The position numbers and the translations under genes are program-made. From IMG/VR virus record IMGVR_UViG_3300050120_000210, positions 1-64,000 of that record: 64,000 bases of DNA, one strand, 5' to 3'. This DNA is from a virus. The notes beneath the pieces were generated by a model, which saw nothing but the letters and a program-made list of their open reading frames with translations, was not told where the DNA came from and searched no databases. Below, one piece after another: positions 39,226 through 49,501 of this stretch (the stretch's first letter is position 1; each line of letters opens with the position of its first letter).

Positions 39226-40368
39226 TCAATTCGTCTTGGTTAAAGATGCAGTAAAATCACTGACATAGGCGTTACTGTCGGTGTTATTGAAGACAGTGAT
39301 GTGGTGACCAACCGTCACGCCGGACGTTCCGTAGCCTCCGAAGACAAAAAACACGGTGTCTCCGTTGTTCACGGTAACTGTCGTGGAGGTGTTCCCCGTG
39401 AGCATCGCCCCGGCCACAGAGCCATTCACATAGACTTGGAACTGCTCTCCGGTGTCCATGGCGGTGCCGGAGGTGATAAGCAAGGTGATCGGCTGGTTCA
39501 CACCGTTGACGGTCTGTGTGGTGCTCGTAGCGGCAATCGACGTGCCGGGCAGCGTGGTATCGTCCGTGGGTCCACTGGCGCCGAAACTGCTCCAAGCCAT
39601 TGGACCCAATGTCACATCCGGCGTGATCGCAGAGAATTGTCCGCCGAAGAAGTCTGAGAAGTTGATTGTTCCAGAGGTTGGGATACGAGAGTTCGTCGGC
39701 GTATCCGCGACGTAGCTGCCACCGCGATAGTAATTTTTCAACTTGATGGGCGTCGGGCCACCGAACTCAGTCTGAAGGTCTTTGAGGTGGATTTCGGCGA
39801 AAAACTTGAAGCTGACAAGTTTGAAACTAGCGTCTGAGTTGTCAGCGGACGGATTAGAACCACCCGTGCCGAGCCCAACATCAAGTTGGCGGCGATTGAA
39901 GCGACAGCGCACCCGAACGTTCAAGGCGCTGGGGGCGACCCAATAAGGACGCAGGGTATAAGCAGTTCCGGGGTTCCAAGTGCTGGTGTCGTAGGATGAT
40001 AGATTTCCCGAACTGCTCTGGAAACCGGGGCCGGAAGTTGATCCAGTCATGCTGATCGCCGATCCGGCGGTGACGTTGATGAAGCCCGGCTTGACGAACG
40101 AATCGGCACCGGAGTCGAGCTTGATGACCACCAGTTCGAGAGTGTATCGGCGGCCTGCCGTGGTCGTCAGGAGTTGTTTGTAGCTGACGGTGGGAGAATA
40201 GGTCGCGTTGCTCTGATAACTGCCGCCAGAGAACGCACCCTCGGCGCCGTTGGTATAGTCATGCGGTGTGCCCGTGTTTGCTTCACCGGTTGCGTCCAAT
40301 GGAATTGGACCAGTCCATGAAGGAGCATCCATTGTGCCCGGAAAAAACGGCGGGAGCGTAGTAGTCAT
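39226..40368 (-). CDS. Virion structural / tail-fibre-adhesin-like protein
   Basis: T/S/G-rich; internal LQTEFGG..IKLKNYYRGG...IPTSGTINFSDFFG motif seen in tail-fibre accessory proteins; late promoter. Confidence 0.6.
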   Translation of the reverse strand: MTTTLPPFFPGTMDAPSWTGPIPLDATGEANTGTPHDYTNGAEGAFSGGSYQSNATYSPTVSYKQLLTTTAGRRYTLELVVIKLDSGADSFVKPGFINVTAGSAISMTGSTSGPGFQSSSGNLSSYDTSTWNPGTAYTLRPYWVAPSALNVRVRCRFNRRQLDVGLGTGGSNPSADNSDASFKLVSFKFFAEIHLKDLQTEFGGPTPIKLKNYYRGGSYVADTPTNSRIPTSGTINFSDFFGGQFSAITPDVTLGPMAWSSFGASGPTDDTTLPGTSIAATSTTQTVNGVNQPITLLITSGTAMDTGEQFQVYVNGSVAGAMLTGNTSTTVTVNNGDTVFFVFGGYGTSGVTVGHHITVFNNTDSNAYVSDFTASLTKTN

Positions 40369-40455
40369 GCCAATATTTATGACGGCTTTTCGTTGACCAA
40401 AGTGAGGTCTGGTTCTATTCTATAAATCGACCACAGCCTTGAATGGAGAAGGGCG

Positions 40456-41508
40456 ATGCAAGTTCGATCTGCCGACCGCCAAGTCCTTCTCACGAGGGAC
40501 GTATTTCGCGAAGGCGTGTTCGCCCGCGATGGCCACAAATGCGTGTTCTGCGACAAACCGGCCGTAGACGCCCATCACATCCTCGAACGACGCCTATTCG
40601 TCTCGCCCGGCGAGCAAGGCGGCTACTTCATGAACAACGGTGCGTCGGTGTGTGGCGAGCATCACATGGCCTGTGAGATGACCACCATCTCCGTAGAGGA
40701 CGTGCGAATCGCCTGCGGGATCACCAAGCCCGTGATCCCTGCCCATCTCTATTCGGACCATGTTTACGATAAATGGGGCAACGTCGTACTGCCCGATGGC
40801 CGCCGCCTGAAGGGCGAACTGTTCAACGACGCCAGCGTTCAAAAGGTGTTGGGCATGGGCGGCGTGCTCGATCTCTTCACGCATTGGGTGAAATACCCCC
40901 GGACCCATCATCTGCCTTGGTCGGAAGGTCTGACCGAAGATGACCGGATGCTCGACACGCTCGATCACTATCGCGGCAAGCGCGTGATTGTGACTGAGAA
41001 GATGGATGGTGAAAACACCACCATGTATCAGGACTACATCCACGCCCGCAGCTTGGATGGTCGAAATCATTCCTCGCGCAACTGGGTCAAGAACTATTGG
41101 GGCCAGATTTGCGGTGACATTCCCGTGGACTGGCGGCTGTGCGGCGAGAACCTCTTCGCCAAGCATTCGATCACCTACGATGCCCTGCCGACGTATTTCA
41201 TGGGTTTCTCGATGTGGAATGACCGCAACGAGTGCCTGTCGTGGGACGAAACCATCGAATGGTTCACCCTGCTCGGTGTCACGCCGGTGCCAGTGCTGTT
41301 CGACGGCATCTTCGACGAGGCAAAAATCAAGGCGTTGTTCAACGTCAAGGATTGGGAACATCGCGAGGGCTATGTCCTGCGGATCGCCGATGGGTTTACC
41401 TATGGCGAGTTCCGCACTTCGGTATCGAAGTTCGTTCGGAAAAATCATGTCCAAACTGTGAAGCATTGGATGCACGGCAAGCCTGTTGAACAGAATGGGC
41501 TAGCCTGA
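40456..41508 (+). CDS. HNH domain fused to RNA ligase
   Basis: N-terminal RDGHKCVFC..DAHHI..NGASVCGEHH; C-terminal KYPRT, TEKMDGEN (motif I), GENL, REGYVLR. Confidence 0.8.
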   Translation: MQVRSADRQVLLTRDVFREGVFARDGHKCVFCDKPAVDAHHILERRLFVSPGEQGGYFMNNGASVCGEHHMACEMTTISVEDVRIACGITKPVIPAHLYSDHVYDKWGNVVLPDGRRLKGELFNDASVQKVLGMGGVLDLFTHWVKYPRTHHLPWSEGLTEDDRMLDTLDHYRGKRVIVTEKMDGENTTMYQDYIHARSLDGRNHSSRNWVKNYWGQICGDIPVDWRLCGENLFAKHSITYDALPTYFMGFSMWNDRNECLSWDETIEWFTLLGVTPVPVLFDGIFDEAKIKALFNVKDWEHREGYVLRIADGFTYGEFRTSVSKFVRKNHVQTVKHWMHGKPVEQNGLA

Positions 41509-42215
41509 TGGACCTGAACGCTCTCGAACTCCGTGTGAAGAAAAAAGTCTCGGTGCTCTATCACGAGAAACACCCGGAACCGGGTGTGATCGTCGATGTC
41601 CCCGATTTCGACGCACGGATGGGTCGCCTACGGGCTTTCCAGCGGAACCTACGCGGCCATCGCGAGATCATGACGGCGCGGAAGAAGCGCGCCGATTACG
41701 TGGCCAGTCAGGTTGCCGTGCTGTGGGAACTTTCCCGCGCTCTGGCGGATGGAAAGCGTATCATGGCGTTCGACGTGGAACGCACGCTGTCGGAGATCAC
41801 GCAAGAAGTCGGCGTGACGACCTTCCGTCGTGGCGAAGGTTTTCGATCCTTCAACTTCCGAGTCGAAGGGGCGCCCAAGCGCGCCATGTCCTTTGCTTTT
41901 GGCAACTCCGATGTGATGCCGTGGGAAGAGATGAAACGCCGCCTCATGCTGGAAGGTGAACAGTCGGATTTCTATGTCGGCCATAGCATCGCGACCGACT
42001 TCGAGCATCTGAAGAGCAAGGGTCTACGCCTGCCGTTCCGGCCGATCATGGACACGTTCCATGCTTCCTGTCTCGTAGAGGAACGGGAGGGTGGCAAGCT
42101 GGGCGAACTCTGTGAATATCTTGGTGTGGACGCCAGTCGGCCGCACGGCGGTGGCAACGATGCTCGATACAATATGGAACTAGCCCTCGCCATGGTCGAT
42201 GCCTATGTCTCTTGA
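41508..42215 (+). CDS. DEDDh 3'-5' exonuclease
   Basis: AFDVE, GHSIATD, MDT, HGGGND. Confidence 0.8.
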   Translation: MDLNALELRVKKKVSVLYHEKHPEPGVIVDVPDFDARMGRLRAFQRNLRGHREIMTARKKRADYVASQVAVLWELSRALADGKRIMAFDVERTLSEITQEVGVTTFRRGEGFRSFNFRVEGAPKRAMSFAFGNSDVMPWEEMKRRLMLEGEQSDFYVGHSIATDFEHLKSKGLRLPFRPIMDTFHASCLVEEREGGKLGELCEYLGVDASRPHGGGNDARYNMELALAMVDAYVS

Positions 42216-42881
42216 AGCGGCACAGTCTCGCTGCGACACCCTGAACATGCTGTTCAAGATGTATGAGATCAATTTGGTCTCGTCCTACAAGGACAGCGCC
42301 AGACGGCCATGGCGCCTTTCGGTCTCGAAAAACAAAACCGAGAAGCTGTTCACACTGACGACGGGCAACGGCCCGCAAATTCGGTTCTTCTGGTCGGGGA
42401 CGCAGATGGAAAACTACGCCCACCGACTCATTCGTCTCGTGCAGTCTCGTGCCGATGCTGAATGATCGTCGTATCCCCACCGGCGACGAGCACGAGCGTA
42501 TTCGAGCGTGCAATGAACGCCTGACTCCTTTGGGTCTCAAGGCGTTTTTCTTTTCGAAAGATGGCCCAAATGGATCACGCCGCCCGTTCCGGTTGACGCG
42601 CAATGGGCGGACGGATTCAATGCGCTACTTCACGACCATCGACGCTCTGGAAAGATATACCGACCGGGTGTTCACCGAGCAGGATCAAGTTCAAAAACTG
42701 AACGTCTTGCTGAAGATGTTCGATACCGGATACAAAACACAGATCATTTGGAAAAGTAACAAGTGCGAATATGAACTGAGTCCATCGGCTTCATATTCCG
42801 GGCGACCGAAAATGACCTTTCTATCTATTCGACAGTTGCTTGCGCGGGCTCAACGAATGATGGAAGAGCATCAAAAACTCG

Positions 42882-43181
42882 ATGTCTGATTGTGAACTCT
42901 GCACCCGAGAACTCGTGCTCGGCCCGAGTATCGACGAACACCACCTGATTCCCAAACTGAAGGGCGGGAAACGTGGACCGACCGTGATTATCCACAAGGT
43001 CTGTCACGCGAAAATCCACTCGATTTTCACGGAATCCGAGCTTGCCCGCATCTACAACACCATCGAAAAGCTTCTAGAACACCCAGAAATAGAGAAATTC
43101 GTTAAATGGGTTTCTAAGAAGCATCCCGAGTTTTATGAGTCGAGCCGAGAGAGTAACGGCAAGCGTCGGAAGCGACGCTAA
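42882..43181 (+). CDS. Small HNH endonuclease
   Basis: CELC..EHHLIPK..GG..HKVCHAKIH. Confidence 0.8.
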   Translation: MSDCELCTRELVLGPSIDEHHLIPKLKGGKRGPTVIIHKVCHAKIHSIFTESELARIYNTIEKLLEHPEIEKFVKWVSKKHPEFYESSRESNGKRRKRR

Positions 43182-43242
43182 TTTGGTTGACCCCTTCGAA
43201 ATCTGTGGGATACTCAAGTTCTAGTCCGCAGCGGAGGTCCCC

Positions 43243-43683
43243 ATGAAAGTCGCCATTTACCAGATGACCGTTGGTGCCCTCCGCAACCGCTACGATGACG
43301 CCGGTCGCAGGCTCGTCGATGAAGCCGCTGGCATCGTCCTTCGCGGCGTGGCCGAAAATCGCTACGTCTACAGCGGTCGCGTGAAGTTCGACGATCCGAT
43401 GATCGGCGAGGGCGATGCCCGTCAGCATGACTGGGCCGTCGCCATGGAGAAGGCGTTCTACGCCACTCAGAACGATTGCGCTGAGACCGGTCGTTGGACC
43501 GGCAACGAAAGCACCATCTATTCGGCCGCCGAGCGCCAGCGTTCGACCATGGTCGGCGACATCTTCGTCTATGGCGAAGACGCGTGGGTCGTGGCTTCCT
43601 GCGGCTTCAAGAAACTTCCGGCTCCGGTCGGCAAGGCGTTGGTTGAGGGCGCGAAGCCCGGCAACGCCATGGACGACATGTAG
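43243..43683 (+). CDS. Protein with YodL-like C-terminal domain
   Basis: RSTMVGDIFV..AWVVASCGF; promoter 43187, GGAGG RBS. Confidence 0.5.
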   Translation: MKVAIYQMTVGALRNRYDDAGRRLVDEAAGIVLRGVAENRYVYSGRVKFDDPMIGEGDARQHDWAVAMEKAFYATQNDCAETGRWTGNESTIYSAAERQRSTMVGDIFVYGEDAWVVASCGFKKLPAPVGKALVEGAKPGNAMDDM

Positions 43684-43694
43684 GAGAACCAGAC

Positions 43695-44027
43695 ATGACC
43701 ACGCGCAAGAAAATCATCTTCGGCTTCGCCACGTTCTACCTCGTGTGCGGCCTGACCGTCTCGTCCCTGCTCGCCTACGCTCTGCCCGCGACGAGCATCT
43801 CCGGTCGGCTCTATCTGATCGTCATCTGGCCAGCGATGGTTTCGGCTGGCAGTTTCCACACGCCTACCCCGCCGATCCCGGCGTGGTGCTTCAGCTTCTC
43901 CGGCGGCAAGGAACTCGATCAATGGATTCCCTTCGCGGGTCTGATGCTGGGCATGGCGATCTTTTTGGTCCTGCTGTTCACCGGCAAGATCAAAATCGGC
44001 AACGGTCTGCGTATCCGTAGCAAGTGA
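43695..44027 (+). CDS. Membrane protein
   Basis: Three hydrophobic segments. Confidence 0.6.
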   Translation: MTTRKKIIFGFATFYLVCGLTVSSLLAYALPATSISGRLYLIVIWPAMVSAGSFHTPTPPIPAWCFSFSGGKELDQWIPFAGLMLGMAIFLVLLFTGKIKIGNGLRIRSK

Positions 44028-45118
44028 CCGACCTTCTCAACGATTTCGCTGCGGCGGCCGAGAAGGAAAAGCACCTCCAATGCTATCGGGGGCTGATCCG
44101 CCGAGCGCGCCCCTATACGCTCGATGACGACGCCACTGCGTTGATTACGGAACTGGCGTCCGGCCCGACGATCAACGACAAGCTGTCGATCTATCGCATC
44201 CTCGCCCGTCTCCCGTTTGACGTGGTCTGGCTCGAACTGAACTACGATGCCCGCTACTACGCCCGCGTGGCGCTGGGCACATCGGTCGGTGAGAAGCCCA
44301 AGGATGTTCCCGACCGCATGGGCTGGCTCATGGAGCGCGTCACAGACACGGTGTGGCGAGCGACCACCATCATCCGATATGGTAAGGGCGTGACCGAGAG
44401 TGGCCGCCAAGTCGATACCTTCGGCTGCACCCATGTCATCTCGACGGAAGGCCCCCTAGAGTTCCGCTCGTTCGTCCGAGACCCTGTCCTGCGTCAAGCG
44501 GTCAAAGAGATCAACGAACCCGAACCCGACCGCGAAGCGTCCATGATCGCGGCGCTGATGTGGGGTTTCGGTGAGAGCGCGAACACGGCGGTCCATAACG
44601 GCCAAAAGATGATGCACATCGGCCTGCCGAGCCACCTCAACAAATCCAACGCCGTTGATCTGCCCGCCTCGTGGGAACCCATGATGGAGAAGGTCAGCAA
44701 GGGTGTGACAAGCGTGAAGCTCGCCCGCACCAAAGAGTTCATGATGACCTCGGCGGTTGAGCTTCAGGGCGACCTTCGTTTTCTGATGGCGGCGTTGGCT
44801 ACCCTCAACGAAGTGCCGATCACTTATGCCGATTTCAAGCCGAAGGGCTCGCGCCGCATCGGCGGCGGCATCAAGGAATATCTGGTCAACCGCATCGTGA
44901 CCATCGCCATCCCGAAGAAATATGGCCGCACCAACAAAGTCATGAAGATGCTTCGTCTGGCCGAAGTGCGGATGCGGCGCCACGAGGTGTCCGGCTACTG
45001 GAAGCGTGTGCGCTTCGGTGACGGCCGGGTCGAACGTCGGTGGATCAATGAATATATGCGCGGTGACGCCGGACTGGGTTTCGTGCGGCAAGAACGCGAA
45101 GTCGTGGAGTCCAAGTGA
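44024..45118 (+). CDS. Hypothetical protein
   Basis: 364 aa; basic C-terminus RRHEVSGYWKR...WINEYMRGD. Confidence 0.65.
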   Translation: MTDLLNDFAAAAEKEKHLQCYRGLIRRARPYTLDDDATALITELASGPTINDKLSIYRILARLPFDVVWLELNYDARYYARVALGTSVGEKPKDVPDRMGWLMERVTDTVWRATTIIRYGKGVTESGRQVDTFGCTHVISTEGPLEFRSFVRDPVLRQAVKEINEPEPDREASMIAALMWGFGESANTAVHNGQKMMHIGLPSHLNKSNAVDLPASWEPMMEKVSKGVTSVKLARTKEFMMTSAVELQGDLRFLMAALATLNEVPITYADFKPKGSRRIGGGIKEYLVNRIVTIAIPKKYGRTNKVMKMLRLAEVRMRRHEVSGYWKRVRFGDGRVERRWINEYMRGDAGLGFVRQEREVVESK

Positions 45119-45885
45119 TGCTCGAATCAACTTTCAACCGTGGCCTGCTGTGGACCTATTGGAAGACCGCACACGCCCAATTGGGCGTGGCCCTCGGTGA
45201 TAGAGGCCAAGACGAGTTCAATACGATCCTTGCGGCCTATAAAGCCAAGGGTCGGAAGTATCATGGCATCAAGCATCTGGTGCACGGGCTTGACATGATC
45301 CGTCAAATCCAACGGTCGCTGCTGGATTTGGGAACCAGTTTCGCGCGCATTGGTCCCAGCGTGGACATGCAACCGCAAACCGGTCTCACGTTCCGTGAGA
45401 TGGCGCTGCTGGTGCTCGCGTTTTTCTATCACGACATCATCTACGACGTGTCTCGTAAGGACAACGAAGTGATGAGCGCCAAGCGGGCGCGAGAATATCT
45501 GTCGGCGTTCCTGCGCGAGGACGAACTCCTGCGGATCGACGTTTTGATCCATGCGACGGCCGACCATCAGAACTCCGACGTGACCGACCCACTGTGGCCG
45601 CTTATGAACGACGGCGATCTCGCGATCATGGCGGCGAAGCGGCCGATCTACGAGCAGTATGGGAAGAAGGTTTGGCAGGAATATCGCGCCATCGTCAAAC
45701 GCCTGCCGTTCGTGACGGGGCGGGCGGACTTCATCAAGAAGTTCGGCTCAAAGCCCATCTTCCGCACGGAGTTCATGATGGGTCGCAAAGAAGAGATCGC
45801 GAAAGAAAATCTCTTTTGGGAATATGCTCGTCTAGTCAAAGAGGCCGACGAGTTGATGGCAGCCCACGCGAATGGCGCCCCGTAA
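45115..45885 (+). CDS. HD-superfamily phosphohydrolase
   Basis: RKYHGIKH, FYHDIIYD, DNE, DGDLAI, EY motifs. Confidence 0.8.
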   Translation: MMLESTFNRGLLWTYWKTAHAQLGVALGDRGQDEFNTILAAYKAKGRKYHGIKHLVHGLDMIRQIQRSLLDLGTSFARIGPSVDMQPQTGLTFREMALLVLAFFYHDIIYDVSRKDNEVMSAKRAREYLSAFLREDELLRIDVLIHATADHQNSDVTDPLWPLMNDGDLAIMAAKRPIYEQYGKKVWQEYRAIVKRLPFVTGRADFIKKFGSKPIFRTEFMMGRKEEIAKENLFWEYARLVKEADELMAAHANGAP

Positions 45886-45927
45886 AGGGCGCCACCACGT
45901 AGTCATATGCCATTCTTGCTCAGTCGC

Positions 45928-46314
45928 TTAGGCAGCGGCGGGAGCGGCAACCATCGCCGCCTTGGCTTCGAAAGCCAGAGCGTCGATTTCGGCCTTGAAC
46001 GCTGCGACCATGCGGTCCAGCGCGTCAATCGCCATCGGGGTCAGAACGGTGCCTGCGGGCACGTAGTGTGCGAGCGCAGCGGAAATGGCGGGGGTGATGG
46101 CAGTCAGGCCGACATCCAGAGCCGCCTTCATGGCCGTGTCACCCATATCAACTGCGTTGGACGCAGCTTGCTTCAGGTCGGGCAGGATGGCGTTGATTGC
46201 ATCATGCAGGGGCGCGGGGAGGTGATTCACGAGGGCCACGGCGTCGGCTTCGATCTTGGCAGCAGCGTCAGAGAAGCTGAGCTTGCCATGCAGGACTTCA
46301 GTAAGGATGGACAT
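45928..46314 (-). CDS. Ala-rich hypothetical late protein
   Basis: GGAG RBS, TAAATA 46345. Confidence 0.6.
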   Translation of the reverse strand: MSILTEVLHGKLSFSDAAAKIEADAVALVNHLPAPLHDAINAILPDLKQAASNAVDMGDTAMKAALDVGLTAITPAISAALAHYVPAGTVLTPMAIDALDRMVAAFKAEIDALAFEAKAAMVAAPAAA

Positions 46315-46451
46315 ATTGGGTCTCCAAAGGAATGGTTATGACCCTATTTATCTCGCCATTCCGAGCAGCCGTTCGTAAGGGCAAAATCGTTAATTAGTGA
46401 CTCGTTGACCAGATCAGCGGTATGGTGAAGGCATTCAAATGAGCTATTTCG

Positions 46452-47045
46452 ATGCCCAAACCCATTCAAAAAAGCAAAATCCAGTTCGCTCTTCGTGCGG
46501 CCGACAAAACATATTGGGACGGCCGTAGTCGCCGAAGATTGCGTCACGGCGCCATGGCCGCATGGTATCCGAAACTGAGCGCAGTGCCGACTTTTTGGTC
46601 TACTCAGAAAAAAGCGGCCTCGCAGTGGAAGAAGTATGAGCTTGAGCGACTATGCGGTGAAGATGTGCCGCCGCTGCACTTGGTTCAATACAAGCTGGAA
46701 GCCGTCGAGACGAACGAGATCATTCTCCAAGTCAGTTTCGCCGACACGGTCTACGAGCGCATCAAGCGCGCGCATGGCCTAGATTTCTCGCAAGCGTTCC
46801 TGAAGGTCACCAAGGAATGTGACTCGAAACGAGAGCAAATCGAAGAATATAAGTATGCGTTCCGCCGTCGCGGCGCGACGAAAACCATCATCGAAGAACA
46901 AATGCCGGAAGCGATCTCTTATGGCTTTGTCACCATCGTGAAATCTGAACGAGACTGGGTCTACGCACGAATGTTGCTCGGAAGCCAGTTCACGGAACAC
47001 TGGGAAATGGCTCCGTTCTATGATATAAATACGCCACTCGGCTAA
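46452..47045 (+). CDS. Hypothetical protein
   Basis: Downstream of promoter-like 46405. Confidence 0.55.
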   Translation: MPKPIQKSKIQFALRAADKTYWDGRSRRRLRHGAMAAWYPKLSAVPTFWSTQKKAASQWKKYELERLCGEDVPPLHLVQYKLEAVETNEIILQVSFADTVYERIKRAHGLDFSQAFLKVTKECDSKREQIEEYKYAFRRRGATKTIIEEQMPEAISYGFVTIVKSERDWVYARMLLGSQFTEHWEMAPFYDINTPLG

Positions 47046-47088
47046 TGTCAGCCGAGCTTAGGAGGTTGTCTATGTCACTGCGGGACGC

Positions 47089-47919
47089 TTGACGCGCCGG
47101 TTCGAAACTTTCTGCGAGACGCGAGGGATTTCGTTCCACCACGAGGATCACGTTCGATCCTATGATTCCACGACGCTGTTCTGCCCGGCGGGTATGCAGC
47201 AGTTCAAATCCCAGTTCCGAGACCCCAACTACCGGGGAACCGTCTCGAACATTCAGGGATGTCTACGCCTCAATGATCTCGATGAGATCGGCGACGGCAC
47301 CCACCTACTCCACTTCGACATGATGGGCTTGTTCTCCTTCCGCGAACTCAGCGTTCAGGATGCGGTGAACTTTTGGTTCGATTTCCTTGAAGAGATCGGC
47401 CTACGTCCAGACACGGTCACGATCCACCCAGATCGTATGGAGGAGTGGCGCGGGCTCTACGACGGCCGCAACGTCATCGTGAAGCCCGATGTGGAATGCA
47501 TCTGGTCGGACGGTGAAATCGGCGGCTATTGCACCGAGTTCTACATCGACGGTGTCGAGATCGGGAACATCGTCAACACCAACGGCGATTGCATCGACGT
47601 GGGCTTCGGCCTTGACCGTCTGTTGTTGTTCCTCGGAGATATCCCACCAGACAGGATCACCGTGCTCCAACGCGGGATCGGCCAGATTATCAAGTCGGGT
47701 TTCGTGCCGGGCAATAAGCAACAGGGCTACACCCTTCGGCGCCTGTTGCGACTTCTAGTGCGTGAGGGAGGCGATCTAGATCATCCGTTCTTCGAAGAAG
47801 AGCGGGTCCGGCAAAATCTTTTGAGAGAAAAGTTTGAGCGCCTGTCGCCCAAACATGGGGACAAACCACCAGAGTGGTGGATGGACACCCACGGTATCGA
47901 GGTATCCGACTTCAGGTAA
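47089..47919 (+). CDS. alaS: Truncated alanyl-tRNA synthetase (catalytic core only)
   Basis: TLFCPAGMQQFK, QGCLR..DL, HFDMMGLFSF, EIGNIV, IDVGFGLDRL, GYTLRRLLR; 276 aa, no editing or C-Ala domain. Confidence 0.85.
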   Translation: MTRRFETFCETRGISFHHEDHVRSYDSTTLFCPAGMQQFKSQFRDPNYRGTVSNIQGCLRLNDLDEIGDGTHLLHFDMMGLFSFRELSVQDAVNFWFDFLEEIGLRPDTVTIHPDRMEEWRGLYDGRNVIVKPDVECIWSDGEIGGYCTEFYIDGVEIGNIVNTNGDCIDVGFGLDRLLLFLGDIPPDRITVLQRGIGQIIKSGFVPGNKQQGYTLRRLLRLLVREGGDLDHPFFEEERVRQNLLREKFERLSPKHGDKPPEWWMDTHGIEVSDFR

Positions 47920-48130
47920 GGTATCGGCTCCGGTTAGCATCGTTCTGACCGGAGTCGTATCCCCGACCAAACTCGGAAGCCAGTGCGGCGTTCAACGCGG
48001 CGGCTGTGCGCTGAGCCTGAGCTTCCAGCGGAACCGACAGTTCGAGGCCAATGTGCTTCCCGTGATAGAGGATGCACCAGCGCCCAGCGTCGTTTCGATC
48101 AGTGGTATAAGGCTCGCTCATACCCCTTAT

Positions 48131-48388
48131 TTATATCGGCTTAGAACCCTTCCGCAGGCCCTTCAGGGCCTCAGTCACAATTGCCGCACCTACTGGGTCC
48201 ACTGGCATCTCCGGCACTTTCTCGGGATCGCAGTTGAGGCCCATTTCCTCAAGTTGGCGGCGGACGATCAAGAAGTCCTGACCCCACCACGCGTCATCAC
48301 CCTCGATACCGCGCTCGACCATGCTGAAGATCAGAGACCAGACGGAGTTGCGGAACTCTTCGTATGAAAGTTCAGTTTTCTTCGTCAT
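48131..48388 (-). CDS. Hypothetical protein
   Basis: Part of a coupled minus-strand run. Confidence 0.5.
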   Translation of the reverse strand: MTKKTELSYEEFRNSVWSLIFSMVERGIEGDDAWWGQDFLIVRRQLEEMGLNCDPEKVPEMPVDPVGAAIVTEALKGLRKGSKPI

Positions 48389-49157
48389 ATTTCGCCTTCT
48401 CCTTGACGATGGCTTCGACCATGAACTTCCCGAGCATGGTGTAACCGTTTTCGTTGAAGTCCTGCGATCCGGCGCCGGGCGTCGGCATCAGTGCCTTGCG
48501 AAGGGCGTTCATGCCCATGAACACTTGCCACAGGTTCAGAAGGTCTTCGAGATTTTGCTCCCTCTGCGCGTCGGACATATCGCGTCTACCAAGCATCGGA
48601 TTGAGTTGATTCTTCAGAGGCCAGATGGGCATTTCGCCAGTATTGAAAATGCGGCCCATTTCCTCTCGCAAAGTCCAAATATGATGCTGGTTTTCTTCGT
48701 TCTCGGCGCCAATATGGATCGCGATCTCAGAATCAAGTGCATGAAACTTATCGCGTTTCATGGCGATGCTTTGTCCGACCGTGGTGGGCATGTCGGCGCC
48801 CCACGAGTCGATGGGCATGTCCTTCAACATCTGAAACGCGTCTTCACGGATCATCCATTGAAAATAGTTCGGCGGAAACTCGGGGTTGTCGTCTTCCTCT
48901 TTGACGAGACCGACGCCGATAGACAGAGCAGAATTGAAGAACCGCTCTTCCTCTCCTTCATCGAAATCGACCCAACCGTAATCGTTGTATTTCCCCTTGG
49001 TGAGAATGGTGATCGGCTGGAACAGATCGAACGCACGATATAGCGATGAGTTACCCGACTCTTTCTGAGGTGTGAGTTTGATCGCCATGATGCGAACCGG
49101 CTCGGGATACACAATCGCAAGACCGGTCAGCCCACAAGTTTCATGCCAGCAACCCAT
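48372..49157 (-). CDS. Hypothetical protein
   Basis: MGCWHETCGLTGLAI...GKYNDYG. Confidence 0.65.
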   Translation of the reverse strand: MGCWHETCGLTGLAIVYPEPVRIMAIKLTPQKESGNSSLYRAFDLFQPITILTKGKYNDYGWVDFDEGEEERFFNSALSIGVGLVKEEDDNPEFPPNYFQWMIREDAFQMLKDMPIDSWGADMPTTVGQSIAMKRDKFHALDSEIAIHIGAENEENQHHIWTLREEMGRIFNTGEMPIWPLKNQLNPMLGRRDMSDAQREQNLEDLLNLWQVFMGMNALRKALMPTPGAGSQDFNENGYTMLGKFMVEAIVKEKAKYDEEN

Positions 49158-49501
49158 TACGTCCTCATCTTTTCTAGAAGTTCGCCGTGCTCTCTGGCGC
49201 GACGAAGGCGGTGCATCAGGAGATTTTCGTATTCGTGAAACGGAAGCCCCAAACGCTCATACATCGGCCGCAACTTGTTCTGCGCTCGTTCGAAGTGATG
49301 ATTATACCATAGCGCGAGAACTTCGCCACGAGTGGGGTTATCGACTGCCGCGAGGTTCGTCAAACCGTCTGTGTATTTGATGAAGTGCTGAATTGTCTTA
49401 CGCGCGGCGGCATCGTTGTTCGCCAACTTGAGAGCGGCGACCAACAGACGGCTCGCGCGTGAAGTCGTCGAGAAATAGTGCTCGTCGAGGGTGACCGTCA
49501 C
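49157..49501 (-). CDS. Hypothetical protein
   Basis: GTGA overlap with the 2H gene stop. Confidence 0.5.
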   Translation of the reverse strand: MTVTLDEHYFSTTSRASRLLVAALKLANNDAAARKTIQHFIKYTDGLTNLAAVDNPTRGEVLALWYNHHFERAQNKLRPMYERLGLPFHEYENLLMHRLRRAREHGELLEKMRT

